From an uncultured delta proteobacterium (GTDB lineage Bacteria > Desulfobacterota > Binatia > HRBIN30 > BPIQ01): a stretch of 64,000 nt of DNA. This document shows positions 1 through 9,100 of the stretch, piece by piece; positions within the stretch are counted from its first letter, which is position 1, and each line of letters begins with the position of its first letter. Below the pieces are notes generated by a model. That model was not told where the DNA came from. It saw nothing but the letters and a program-made list of their open reading frames with translations, and searched no databases. The stretch spans positions 192,001 to 256,000 of the forward strand of contig CAVXGR010000017.1 in the NCBI GenBank assembly GCA_963761335.1, in the 5' to 3' direction. The translations under genes and the position numbers were made by a program.

Positions 1-2355
1 GGGTAGGGGCACGACCGGGATGCCGCGGAACTCCTCGATGCGCTGGCGTAGCTCGCGGGCGGCGCTCAGGGCGTCGGCGTCGGCGCCGAACTCTTCGAGC
101 ATTTGCAGGTTCTCGGGGCGCGCCCCGGCGAGCTGCCAGATGCCGAGCGGCTGCTCGCCCTGGTAGGGGTCGACGCCGAGATCGGCGAGCGCTTCGAGTA
201 CCTCGTCGTGCGACTCGACCACCTCGCGCTTCATCCAGCCGGACGGCAGCTTGACGAAGCGCGTGGTGGCGGCGCGCAGCTTGGCGAGGTCGGCTTCGGT
301 GAGCTGCATGCCCTCGGCGCTCCACTCTGCCGACACGGTAAAGAAGTCGACGCCGCTGCGGCGAATGGTGAGCTGCGGCACGGCGCGCGATGCACCGCTG
401 AGCAGGCGCCGCACCCGCTCGGTGCCGAAGTAGCGCGCTTCCCGCGGCCGCTCTTCCCACGCCTCCGCGAAGCGCTCCATGTGCTTGCGGCCGGCGGGGA
501 TCCACCAGCCGAGGCGCTCCTCGCGTGTTCCTGGCAGGGCCCCGGCCGAGCGCCGCAGCGGTGTGGCGGGCGAGCGCTCCAGCCAGGCGATCAGCGGCTC
601 GACGGTCCGCGGATCGGGAAGCTCGATCCAGGCGTCGGCAATTTCCGCGAGCTCCACCGGCGCCTCGGCGGGCTCGATGCCGCTGGTGGCAGCGGCATCG
701 CCCTCGCTCTCGCCGGCCGGCGGGCTCGAAGCGGGCGGCTCTTCCGCATGGATGGCGGCGAACTCGTCTTTCGTCGGCTCCAGCGGAGCAGAGTCGAGGC
801 GCTTCCAGTCTCGATCCGCAGTGTACTCGAAGACGCGCGCTTCTGGCGGAGGGGCCTCGCCGGGCCTCCACTCGTCGGCGTCGGCGCAGGCGAACACGCG
901 GATCTGCAGGCGGTCGTCGCCGCGCAGGTCGAGAGCCACCGCCGGGGTCACCGCGTACCGCCGCGTATGCGGCTCGAGCGAGCGCTGCAGGTGCGGGAAG
1001 CTCGAGGCGAGCACGCGCAGCATCTCCGGGCGCTCGGCGGCGGTCAGGGGCAGCTGCCCGGCCTGCTCGAAGTGCTGCCGAACCTTGCGCGGCGGCTCCT
1101 CCGCGACCAGCGAGAACTGCCCGTCGGCGAGCACCAGGCTGGGCTCGCCCTCGAGCCAGTCGCCGTCGTCGCGGACGATGACGACCTCGTCGAGGTGTCG
1201 GCGGCTCTCGTCCGGCCACACATAGGCCAGCTCGATTGCCGGTCCTTCGGATCCGGAGGTGCAGAGCGGCAACAGGCGCGCCGGTTCCGGGCGCAGCCGC
1301 ACCACCCCGCCCGGCGAGATGCCGGCGCGCTGCGCCAGCTCGGCGGGTACGTCGGCGGCCCAGGTCGCCAGCGGTGTTCCGGAGACCTGATCGAGCAGCA
1401 GCTTGAGGTATCGAGTCGAGAATCCCGAGCCGCCCTCGGAGTGGGGATTCCGCTCCGCCTGCTCCACCAGCAGCTCGAGCAGGCGGAGCTGCTCCGGAGG
1501 CAGCAGCCCCTGGCGGTGGCGGGCCTCGGAGCGCAGATGCACGAGCTGTGACGGGGCGCGCGGATCGTCCTTCTTCCGCGGCGTCGTCAGCCGCGGCTCG
1601 ACGAGCACGGCCGCGGAGCCGTCGGGGTTGGGCGACAGGTGCAGCACCGTCCGCAGAGATCGCGTCGTCTGTCCCCGCGTCTGTGCCCAGGAGACGAGCT
1701 CGCGGGCGAGGCCGCCGCGGGCGCGTTCCAGATAGCGGGCGGAGAGATCGTCGCGCTGGCGATATGCCTCGAGCGGGGAGGGGAGCCAGCCGCCGCTCAC
1801 CCGAGCGACCTCGTTGGCCAGTCTCCAGCACATGATCTCCGCGTCCGGCTCGCGCAGAACTTCCTGGAAGCGGGGCAGGTAGCCGCTCAGCGCGCCGCGC
1901 GGTGCTTTGGCCAGTAGCTCGCTGAGGGCGTACTCGCGCTCCCAATGGTACTGCGCCTGCTCGAGGCGCCGCAGGGCGCGGCTCTCTCGCGAGGCCGCGG
2001 TGTCGGCGCGCCCGCCGCTGTCGCGCCGCCGCGGCGGGTCCTCGGGGCGATTTTCCTGCAGGATGCAGCAGGCGAGGGCATAGGCGTGCTTGCAGTAGGG
2101 CCCCACCGGACAGGTGCATTCCGGCACCCAGTCGCCGTCGTGCGCCTGCCACATGGTGTAGTAGGTCTGCGTGCCCCGCACCATGGCGCTGACCTTCTGC
2201 CCCTGGTAGGTGAGCGCGCCGACGCGGTGGGTGTCGGCATAGTGTCGGCCGCGCGCCTGCACGCGTGGGGAGAAGTCGTCGAGAGCTGCATGCAGCTCCT
2301 CGATGAGCTCGGCGCTCAGCGGCGCGAAGCCCGATGTCGCGGGGGTGTGCGCCAT
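1..2355 (-). CDS. SWIM zinc-finger / SNF2-family helicase, N-terminal part (runs off the window edge)
   Basis: Not in the ORF track, presumably because its stop lies outside the window. Manual translation from ATG 2355 gives MAHTPATSGF...RVQARGRHYA...VRGTQTY...ECTCPVGPYCKHAYALAC (SWIM CxC..CKH). The edge reads ..ELRQRIEEFRGIPVVPLP, like the segment preceding SNF2 ATPase motifs. The middle was not fully translated. Confidence 0.75.
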   Translation of the reverse strand, partial: MAHTPATSGFAPLSAELIEELHAALDDFSPRVQARGRHYADTHRVGALTYQGQKVSAMVRGTQTYYTMWQAHDGDWVPECTCPVGPYCKHAYALACCILQENRPEDPPRRRDSGGRADTAASRESRALRRLEQAQYHWEREYALSELLAKAPRGALSGYLPRFQEVLREPDAEIMCWRLANEVARVSGGWLPSPLEAYRQRDDLSARYLERARGGLARELVSWAQTRGQTTRSLRTVLHLSPNPDGSAAVLVEPRLTTPRKKDDPRAPSQLVHLRSEARHRQGLLPPEQLRLLELLVEQAERNPHSEGGSGFSTRYLKLLLDQVSGTPLATWAADVPAELAQRAGISPGGVVRLRPEPARLLPLCTSGSEGPAIELAYVWPDESRRHLDEVVIVRDDGDWLEGEPSLVLADGQFSLVAEEPPRKVRQHFEQAGQLPLTAAERPEMLRVLASSFPHLQRSLEPHTRRYAVTPAVALDLRGDDRLQIRVFACADADEWRPGEAPPPEARVFEYTADRDWKRLDSAPLEPTKDEFAAIHAEEPPASSPPAGESEGDAAATSGIEPAEAPVELAEIADAWIELPDPRTVEPLIAWLERSPATPLRRSAGALPGTREERLGWWIPAGRKHMERFAEAWEERPREARYFGTERVRRLLSGASRAVPQLTIRRSGVDFFTVSAEWSAEGMQLTEADLAKLRAATTRFVKLPSGWMKREVVESHDEVLEALADLGVDPYQGEQPLGIWQLAGARPENLQMLEEFGADADALSAARELRQRIEEFRGIPVVPLP

Positions 2356-2405
2356 GGAAACGTCCAATGTGCCTGATCCGCTGCGGCGCGACAAGGGCAG
2401 GCTTC

Positions 2406-2478
2406 GGGACAGGCAACTTTTGCGGCCGGAGACCGTGCCCCCGACGTGTGTTTGAAGGGCAAAAGTAGCCTGTCCCCG
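2406..2478. repeat. REP-like palindrome, GGGACAGGC family
   Basis: gggacaggcaacttttgc ... gcaaaagtagcctgtccc inverted arms; related copies at 3335, 12161 and 26608. Confidence 0.8.
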
Positions 2479-2514
2479 CTCGCTCGTCTGCGGCGCTTCT
2501 GCTAGCAGAAGGCC

Positions 2515-3318
2515 GTGGAGAGGGCGAAATCGATGCTCGACGCGGAGCAGCAGCGGCACTGGCAGGACAACGGCTGGTTGTGGCTGCACGGTCTCCTCGG
2601 CGCCGATGATCTGCGCTGCCTGCGGCAGTGGACCGAAGAGATCGCCGGCTGGCCGGAGGCCCCGGGACGCTGGATGCGCTATTACGAGCGGCGCGGTGCC
2701 GATCGCTCGGAGAGAATACTGGCGCGCCTCGAGAACTTCGTGCCCTATCACCAGGGCCTGGCCGGTCTGTTGCTGAGCCCGCGCATGCTCGAGCTGCTCG
2801 GCCATCTGTGTGGCGAGCCGGTGGTGCTGTTCAAGGACAAGATCAACTTCAAGCTCCCCGGCGGCGCCGGCTTCGCGCCGCACCAGGACGCCCCCGCCTA
2901 CATCGACTTCGGCGTCGAGCACCAGCTGACGCTGATGGTGCCGGTGGACGCTTTCACCCGCGACAACGGCTGCCTCGAGGTGGTGCGCAACGGCTGCGAG
3001 CGCGTCTTCCTACCGCAGAAGCCGGACGGTAGCCTGGAGCTCGGAGTGATGGAGCGCTACGAGATCGTGCCGCTGCTCGCCGAGCCGGGCGACGTCATCG
3101 TCTTCGATGCCTGGGTGCCGCATCGCTCCGGGCCGAATCGCACGGCGGGACCGCGGCGCGCCTACTATCTCACCTTCAACCCGGCCTCCGCCGGCGATCA
3201 GCGCGCCGCCTACTACGCCCGCAAGCGCGAGCTCTTCCCACCCGAGTGCGAGCGCAAGCCCGGCGTCGACTACGCCGCGATCGGCAAACAGTTCAACCTC
3301 GCCAACCCCTTCGAGTAG
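2515..3318 (+). CDS. Phytanoyl-CoA dioxygenase family (PhyH/PhnY-like) Fe(II)/2-oxoglutarate dioxygenase
   Basis: LFKDKINFKLPGGAGFAPHQD (HxD) and distal FDAWVPHRSGPNRT...RR; start may be ATG 2533. Confidence 0.85.
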   Translation: MERAKSMLDAEQQRHWQDNGWLWLHGLLGADDLRCLRQWTEEIAGWPEAPGRWMRYYERRGADRSERILARLENFVPYHQGLAGLLLSPRMLELLGHLCGEPVVLFKDKINFKLPGGAGFAPHQDAPAYIDFGVEHQLTLMVPVDAFTRDNGCLEVVRNGCERVFLPQKPDGSLELGVMERYEIVPLLAEPGDVIVFDAWVPHRSGPNRTAGPRRAYYLTFNPASAGDQRAAYYARKRELFPPECERKPGVDYAAIGKQFNLANPFE

Positions 3319-3334
3319 CGCAGGGGCGGGCGGA

Positions 3335-3406
3335 GGGGACAGGCAACTTTTGCGACGAGATCCGTTACGTGGATCTTGATTCGACGCGCAAAAGTAGCCT
3401 GTCCCC
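3335..3406. repeat. REP-like palindrome, GGGACAGGC family
   Basis: ggggacaggcaacttttgcg ... cgcaaaagtagcctgtcccc. Confidence 0.8.
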
Positions 3407-3468
3407 ATCCCACGACGTTGAAGAGCCGCATTGGCGGTGCTAGGCGTTCTCTCGGAAGGAGGCTATGG

Positions 3469-3717
3469 ATGGCCGAAGCAGCACTCGAGGAGAGGGTCGC
3501 TCGTTTGGAAGGAAGAGTCGAAGGATTCGAAGGTCGCTTCGAGAGTCTCGAGCGCCGGCTGGACGGGATCGACGCGAAGATCGATCGCAAGTTCGCCGGG
3601 GTCGACGAGAGGTTTGCGGCCTTCGACCAGAAGATCGACCGCAACTTCCAATGGACGATGGGCGTCAACGTCGTCCTGTGGAGCGCGATTCTGGTAGCAC
3701 TCTTCTTTCGCGCATAG
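3469..3717 (+). CDS. Small coiled-coil protein with C-terminal TM helix (DUF1640/CCDC90-like)
   Basis: SD AAGGAGG upstream; MAEAALEERVARLEG...IDRKF...IDRNFQWTMGVNVVLWSAILVALFF. Confidence 0.7.
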   Translation: MAEAALEERVARLEGRVEGFEGRFESLERRLDGIDAKIDRKFAGVDERFAAFDQKIDRNFQWTMGVNVVLWSAILVALFFRA

Positions 3718-3800
3718 CGCGCCGCTCAACCTGCTCGTCCTCCCAAACCCGATTGCAGTCCCTCTTGACCGGAGGGCGAAAGTTTGGCGAAGATGAGTCC

Positions 3801-4517
3801 GTGCTGGCCGCTACCCCACACGCTGCCCTCGAGGTGCCTTCGCCGCTGGGATCGGAGCTCGAGCTCTCCGGTCTGGTGCGCCGCGGATGGGTGCCGGAGC
3901 CGGTGCGGCGCCTGGCGGCGCCTGTCTCGCTGGCAGCACTGCTGGGACCCGGGCTGCCGCGCGGTCGCCTGAGTGAGGTCGTTGGCGCCCTCGGCAGCGG
4001 CCGTACCTCACTGCTCCTGGCGCTTCTGGCGGCGGCGACGGCGGCGCACGAGGTGACGGCGCTGGTGGATGTCTCCAACAGCTTCAACCCGCTGACCGCC
4101 CGCCACGCCCGCGTCGATCTCACCAGTATCCTGTGGGTGCGGCCACCGTCGCTGCGCCAGGGGATGCACTGTGCCGAGCTGATCCTCTCCGCCGGTGGTT
4201 TTGGCCTGGTGGCCCTCGATCTCGAGGGAGTATCCCTGCGGCACATGCGTCATCACAGCTGGCCGCGGCTGGCGCGCGCCGCCGAGCGCTCCGGAGCGGC
4301 CCTGGTGGTGCTGGCCCCGCAGCGCCTCGCCGGCAGCTTCGCCGCTCTCGACATCGCCGTGACTCGGCGCCGCGTTCTCTGGAGCCGCGGCACCGGCGTC
4401 GCTCTCCTCGACGGCTTCGAGGTTCGCGCCGAGGTGGTGCGCAGCAAGCTCGGGCCTCCCGGCGCCGCTGCCGATCTGCGCATGGAGCTTTCGATGAACG
4501 CGGACGCATCCCCCTAG
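3801..4517 (+). CDS. imuA: ImuA, RecA-like mutagenesis accessory protein
   Basis: GLPRGRLSEVVGALGSGRTSLL (degenerate Walker A), ALVD..F.P, GGFGLVALDL, WPRLARAAE; directly upstream of imuB-dnaE2. Start uncertain (GTG 3801 chosen). Confidence 0.8.
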   Translation: MLAATPHAALEVPSPLGSELELSGLVRRGWVPEPVRRLAAPVSLAALLGPGLPRGRLSEVVGALGSGRTSLLLALLAAATAAHEVTALVDVSNSFNPLTARHARVDLTSILWVRPPSLRQGMHCAELILSAGGFGLVALDLEGVSLRHMRHHSWPRLARAAERSGAALVVLAPQRLAGSFAALDIAVTRRRVLWSRGTGVALLDGFEVRAEVVRSKLGPPGAAADLRMELSMNADASP

Positions 4518-4519
4518 CC

Positions 4520-6064
4520 ATGCGCCTCGCCTGCCTCTACGTCCCCGATTTTCCGGTCGCGGCACTGCTGCGCGCCGAGCCCGAGCTCCGCGGCCAGCCC
4601 GCTGTCGTCAGCAGCGGAGCGGGGGCGCGGGCGCTGGTGCGCTCGGTATCGCCGGAGGCGACGCGTCTGGGAATCGCGGCCGGGCTCACCGTGACCCAGG
4701 CGCGCGCCGTCGATGCCGACCTCGTGGTGCGCGCCCAGAGCGAGGCGCGCGAGCGCGCCGCCCAGGCGGCTCTCGGCGATGTCGCCGACTCCTTCTCTCC
4801 GCGTGTCGAGAACGCCGGTGACGGTGTCGTCTACCTCGACGCCGACGGCCTCTCGGCGCTGTTCTCCAGCGAGAATGCCCTCGTCAACGCCATGGCGCAG
4901 CGGGCCGTCTCTCTGGGGCTGGAGGCGCACGTGGGCCTCGCCTCGAGCAAGGTGGCCGCCTATCTGGCGGCGCGCGACGGCGGCGGCGCGCGCGTGATTC
5001 CACCTGGAGAGGAATGGCGTTTTCTCGGACCCATGTCGGTGAGCTTGCTGCAGCCGAGCCCGGAGCTGACGGCGACGCTGCGCCGCTGGGGGATCCTCAC
5101 CGTCGGCGCGCTCGCCGCCCTGCCGGCGAGCGCCGTCGCCACCCGCCTGGGGCCCGAAGGTCTCGCCCTGGTGCGCCGCGCCCGCGGCGATGACGAGTAC
5201 CCGCTGATGCCGCGTCCGGCGCCGCTGCGCTTCGAGGAGACCGCGGAGCTCGACTACGGTATCGAGACGCTCGAGCCCTTCGCCTTCATCGCCCGCGGCC
5301 TGCTCGAGCGGCTGACGGCGCGCATCGCCCTGCGCGGCTTCGTCTGCGGCGACCTGCATCTGTCGCTCGGGCTCGCCGGCCGCGGCCACGACGAGCGCAC
5401 CGTGCCGGTGGCTGCGGCGAGCAACGACGTGAAATCGCTGCTGGCGCTCCTGCGCCTGCACCTCGAGACCTACCCGCCGGCGGCGGCAGTCGAGTCGATT
5501 CGCCTGAGCGCCGTGAGCGAGCGCCTGCGGCCATCGCAGCTCAACCTCTTTCGCTCCGCCGGTCCGGCGCCGGAGCAGCTCGCCGTGACCCTGGCGCGGC
5601 TGACCGCCATCTGCGGCGCCGACCGCGTCGGCCGTCCCGTCGTTCCCGATTCGCACCGCATCGACGCGTATTCCATCGCCCCATTCGCCCGAGAAGATGA
5701 GGTGTTGGGTGTTGAGGTGTTGGGTGTTGGGGAAAGACAAGGCCCCCTAACAGCCAACACCTCAACACCCAACACCTCGTCTTCTCCCCCCAACACCTTG
5801 TCTTTTCTCGCGGTGCGGGCGATTCGCCCGCCGCGTCCGCTCATCGTCTTCCGCGATCGCGGCCGCCTCGACTTCGTCCGCGGCGAGGGCCTCTGCGGCC
5901 GCGTGGTCAGTGCCGCCGGCCCCTGGCGCGTGCAGTCCGACTGGTGGAACGAGCAGGCGAGCGCGCGCGACTACTACGACGTCCAGCTCAGCGACGGCGC
6001 CGTCTATCGACTCTACTGCGAGCCGCAGACGCAGACATGGTTTGCCGATGGCATATACGATTGA
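4520..6064 (+). CDS. imuB: ImuB, inactive Y-family DNA polymerase
   Basis: MRLACLYVPDFP, FSPRVE, QLNLF clamp-binding motif, C-terminal GPWR...WW...RDYYDV...YRLY...W..DGIYD. Confidence 0.9.
   Translation: MRLACLYVPDFPVAALLRAEPELRGQPAVVSSGAGARALVRSVSPEATRLGIAAGLTVTQARAVDADLVVRAQSEARERAAQAALGDVADSFSPRVENAGDGVVYLDADGLSALFSSENALVNAMAQRAVSLGLEAHVGLASSKVAAYLAARDGGGARVIPPGEEWRFLGPMSVSLLQPSPELTATLRRWGILTVGALAALPASAVATRLGPEGLALVRRARGDDEYPLMPRPAPLRFEETAELDYGIETLEPFAFIARGLLERLTARIALRGFVCGDLHLSLGLAGRGHDERTVPVAAASNDVKSLLALLRLHLETYPPAAAVESIRLSAVSERLRPSQLNLFRSAGPAPEQLAVTLARLTAICGADRVGRPVVPDSHRIDAYSIAPFAREDEVLGVEVLGVGERQGPLTANTSTPNTSSSPPNTLSFLAVRAIRPPRPLIVFRDRGRLDFVRGEGLCGRVVSAAGPWRVQSDWWNEQASARDYYDVQLSDGAVYRLYCEPQTQTWFADGIYD
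5691..5797. repeat. In-frame hairpin of GGTGTTG/CAACACC 7-8-mer repeats inside imuB
   Basis: 33-bp arms 5691-5723 and 5754-5786 with one mismatch (G:U-compatible); encodes EDEVLGVEVLGVG...ANTSTPNTSS. Confidence 0.85.
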
Positions 6065-6067
6065 AGG

Positions 6068-6147
6068 GCAGGTTGTTGGGTTGTTGGTTGTTAGGTTGTT
6101 ATGTCCGACACCCAACAACCTAACAACCTAACAACCTAACAACCTGC
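6068..6147. repeat. Intergenic hairpin of GGTTGTT(A/G)/(C/T)AACAACC repeats
   Basis: gcaggttgttgggttgttggttgttaggttgtt ... aacaacctaacaacctaacaacctaacaacctgc between imuB and dnaE2. Confidence 0.85.
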
Positions 6148-6160
6148 TTTGCTTCTCCCC

Positions 6161-9100
6161 ATGTATACCGAGCTGCGCACTCACAGCGCCTTCAGCTTTC
6201 TCGAGGGCGCCTCTCTGCCGGAGGATCTGGTGGCGCGCGCCGCCGAGCTCGGCTGCGCCGTCATCGCTCTCGGCGACCGCGACGGCCTCTACGGCGCGCC
6301 GCGCTTCCACAAGGCCGCGCAGGCCGCCGGCCTGCGCGCCATCGTCGCCTGCGACCTGCAACTGCGACCAACAACCAACAACCCAACAACCAACAACCCA
6401 ACAACCAACAACCTGTATCTTCTCGTCTCCACGCGCACCGGTTATCGCAATCTCTGCCGCTTGCTGACGCAGGCGAAGCGGCGCGCCGCCAAGGGGGAGC
6501 CGGCGGCGACGTGGGATGATCTCGAGGGGCACACCGACGGTCTGCTGTGTCTGGCGGGCGGGGCGCACAGCCCGCTGGCGGCGCCGCTGCGGCAAGGAGA
6601 CGACGAGGAGGTGCGCCGCCGGCTGCGGCGTTTGCAGCGCCTCTTCGGCTCCCGCCTCTATCTCGACGTGCAGCGCCACTTCGATCCGGAGGAGGAGCGC
6701 CTCGGCCGCGCCTATGTCGCCCTGGCGCGCGCCGGCGACCTGCGGCTGGTGGCCACCAACGACGTGCGCCACGCCCGCCCCGAAGGGCGGCCGCTGCTCG
6801 ACGTGCTCACCTGCATCCGCCACAAGACCAACCTCGACTCTGCCGGCCGGCGGCTGCAGCGCAACGCCGAGCGGCATCTCAAATCGCCGCGGCAGATGGC
6901 GGCGCTCTTCCGCGATCTCCCCGAGGCCGTCGCCAACAGCGAGCGCCTCGCCGAGGAGTGCGAGTTCACCCTCGACGACCTCGGCTATCGCTTTCCGGAT
7001 TTTCCCCTGCCGCCGGGCGAGACGCCCATCGGCCACCTGCGGCGGCTGACCGGCGAGGGTGCCCGCTGGCGCTACGGCACCATCTCGCCGCGGGTGCGCC
7101 GCCAGCTCGAGCACGAGCTCGCCGTCATCGAGAAGCTCGAGCTCGCCGGCTACTTCCTCATCGTCTGGGACATCGTCCGCTACTGCCGCGAGCGCGGCAT
7201 CCTGGCGCAGGGTCGCGGCTCGGCCGCCAACAGCGCCGTCTGCTACGCCCTCGGCATCACCGCCGTGGACGCCGTCGGCATGGACCTCCTCTTCGAGCGT
7301 TTTCTCTCCGAGGAGCGCGGCGAGTGGCCCGACATCGACATCGATCTCCCCAGCGGCGACCGCCGCGAGGAGGTGATCCAGTACGTCTACCGCCGTTACG
7401 GCGAGCGGGGTGCGGCGATGACGGCAAACGTCATCACCTATCGCACCCGCAGCGCCGTGCGCGAGGTGGGCAAGGCGCTCGGCTTCTCCCTCGATCAGGT
7501 CGACCGCCTGGCGAAGCTGCTGCGGCGGTTCGAGTTCCGCGACGGCGACGACGAGCTGGCGACGCAGCTCGCCGCCGGCGGTGTGGATCCACAGACGCCA
7601 CGGGTGCGGCTGCTCGTCGATCTCGTCGGCCGGATCCAGAACCTGCCGCGTCATCTCGGACAGCACTCCGGCGGCATGGTGATCGCGGCCGGGCGACTCG
7701 ACGAGGTGGTGCCGCTGGAGCCGGCCTCGATGCCCGGCCGCGTCGTCGTGCAGTGGGACAAGGACGACTGCGCCGATCTCGGTATCATCAAGGTCGATTT
7801 GCTCGGCCTCGGCATGATGGCGGTGCTCGAGGACGCCATTCCGCTGGTGCGCCAGCACGAGGGCATTGATCTCGACCTCGCCAAGCTGCCCGCCGACGAT
7901 CCCAAAGTGTACCGCATGCTGCAGGAGGCGGACACCATCGGCGTCTTCCAGGTGGAGAGCCGGGCGCAGATGGCGACCCTGCCGCGCATGCGGCCGGAGC
8001 GCTTCTACGACCTCGTCGTCGAGGTGGCGATCATTCGCCCCGGGCCGATCGTCGGACAGATGGTGCACCCGTATCTCGCCCGCCGTGCGGGCCGTGCTCC
8101 GGTGCTCTATCCCCACCCGTCGCTCGAGCCGATCCTGGCGCGCACCCTCGGCGTGCCGCTCTTCCAGGAGCAGCTGTTGCGCATGGCCATGGTCGCCGCC
8201 GGCTTCTCCGGAGGCGAGGCCGAGGAGCTGCGCCGCGCCATGGGCTTCAAGCGCTCGATGGCGCGCATGGCGGCGATCGAGACGCGGCTGCGTCAGGGCA
8301 TGGCGCGCAACGGCATCACCGGCGCGGCGGCGGACGACATCGTGCGCGGCATCACCTCCTTCGCCCTCTACGGTTTCCCCGAGTCGCACGCCGCCAGCTT
8401 CGCCCTGATCGCCTACGCTTCGGCTTACCTGAAGGCGCACCACCCGGCGGCTTTCTACTGCGCCCTGCTGAACAACTTCCCCATGGGCTTCTACCACCCC
8501 GCAACCCTGGTGAAGGATGCGCAGAGACACGGCGTCCGCGTCCTGCCTGTGGATGTGATGCGCTCCGCTTGGCAGTGCGGCGTGGAGGGAGAACAGGTTG
8601 TTGGGTTGTTGGGTTGTTATGTTGTTAGGGAAGAATCTGGGCCAACAACCAACAACCCAACAACCAACAACCTCCTCTCCCTCCGCCTCGGCTACCGCTA
8701 CGTCCGCGGCTTGCGCGAAGAGGCGGGCAAGCGCATCGAAGAAGAGCGCGCCCGCGCCCCCTTCGAATCGATCGAGGACATCGCCTACCGCTGCCAGCTG
8801 CGCGACGACGAGCTGGCAACGCTGGCCGAGATCGGCGCCTTCGCTGCCTTCGGCAAGTCGCGACGCGAAGCCATGTGGCAGCTTTCCGCCTTGCCCCGCG
8901 GCCCGCTATTTGAGAGGAGTTGTGGGAAAGAAAATGTCTCAAGGAGGAGATATGGACCCAGCGAAGGATCGATCATTCCGAGGACTTCTGGTGTGGCAAC
9001 AGTCAATGCAGCTCGCCCGCGACTGCTACTTTCTGACGCGAGAGCTTCCCCGGGAAGAAAAATATGGGCTGGCCCTGCAGATTCGCCGGGCAGCCACATC

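Noticed and set aside
103..1551. 482-aa + strand ORF
   Set aside because: Antisense shadow of the minus-strand SWIM/SNF2 gene.
6128..8530. 800-aa minus-strand ORF
   Set aside because: Antisense shadow of dnaE2, as expected in high-GC coding DNA; no motifs.
8598..8951. Upstream extension of the 242-aa ORF 8598..9326
   Set aside because: Low-complexity shadow of dnaE2; the strong SD and family similarity begin at ATG 8952 (ATG 8934 is a possible alternative).
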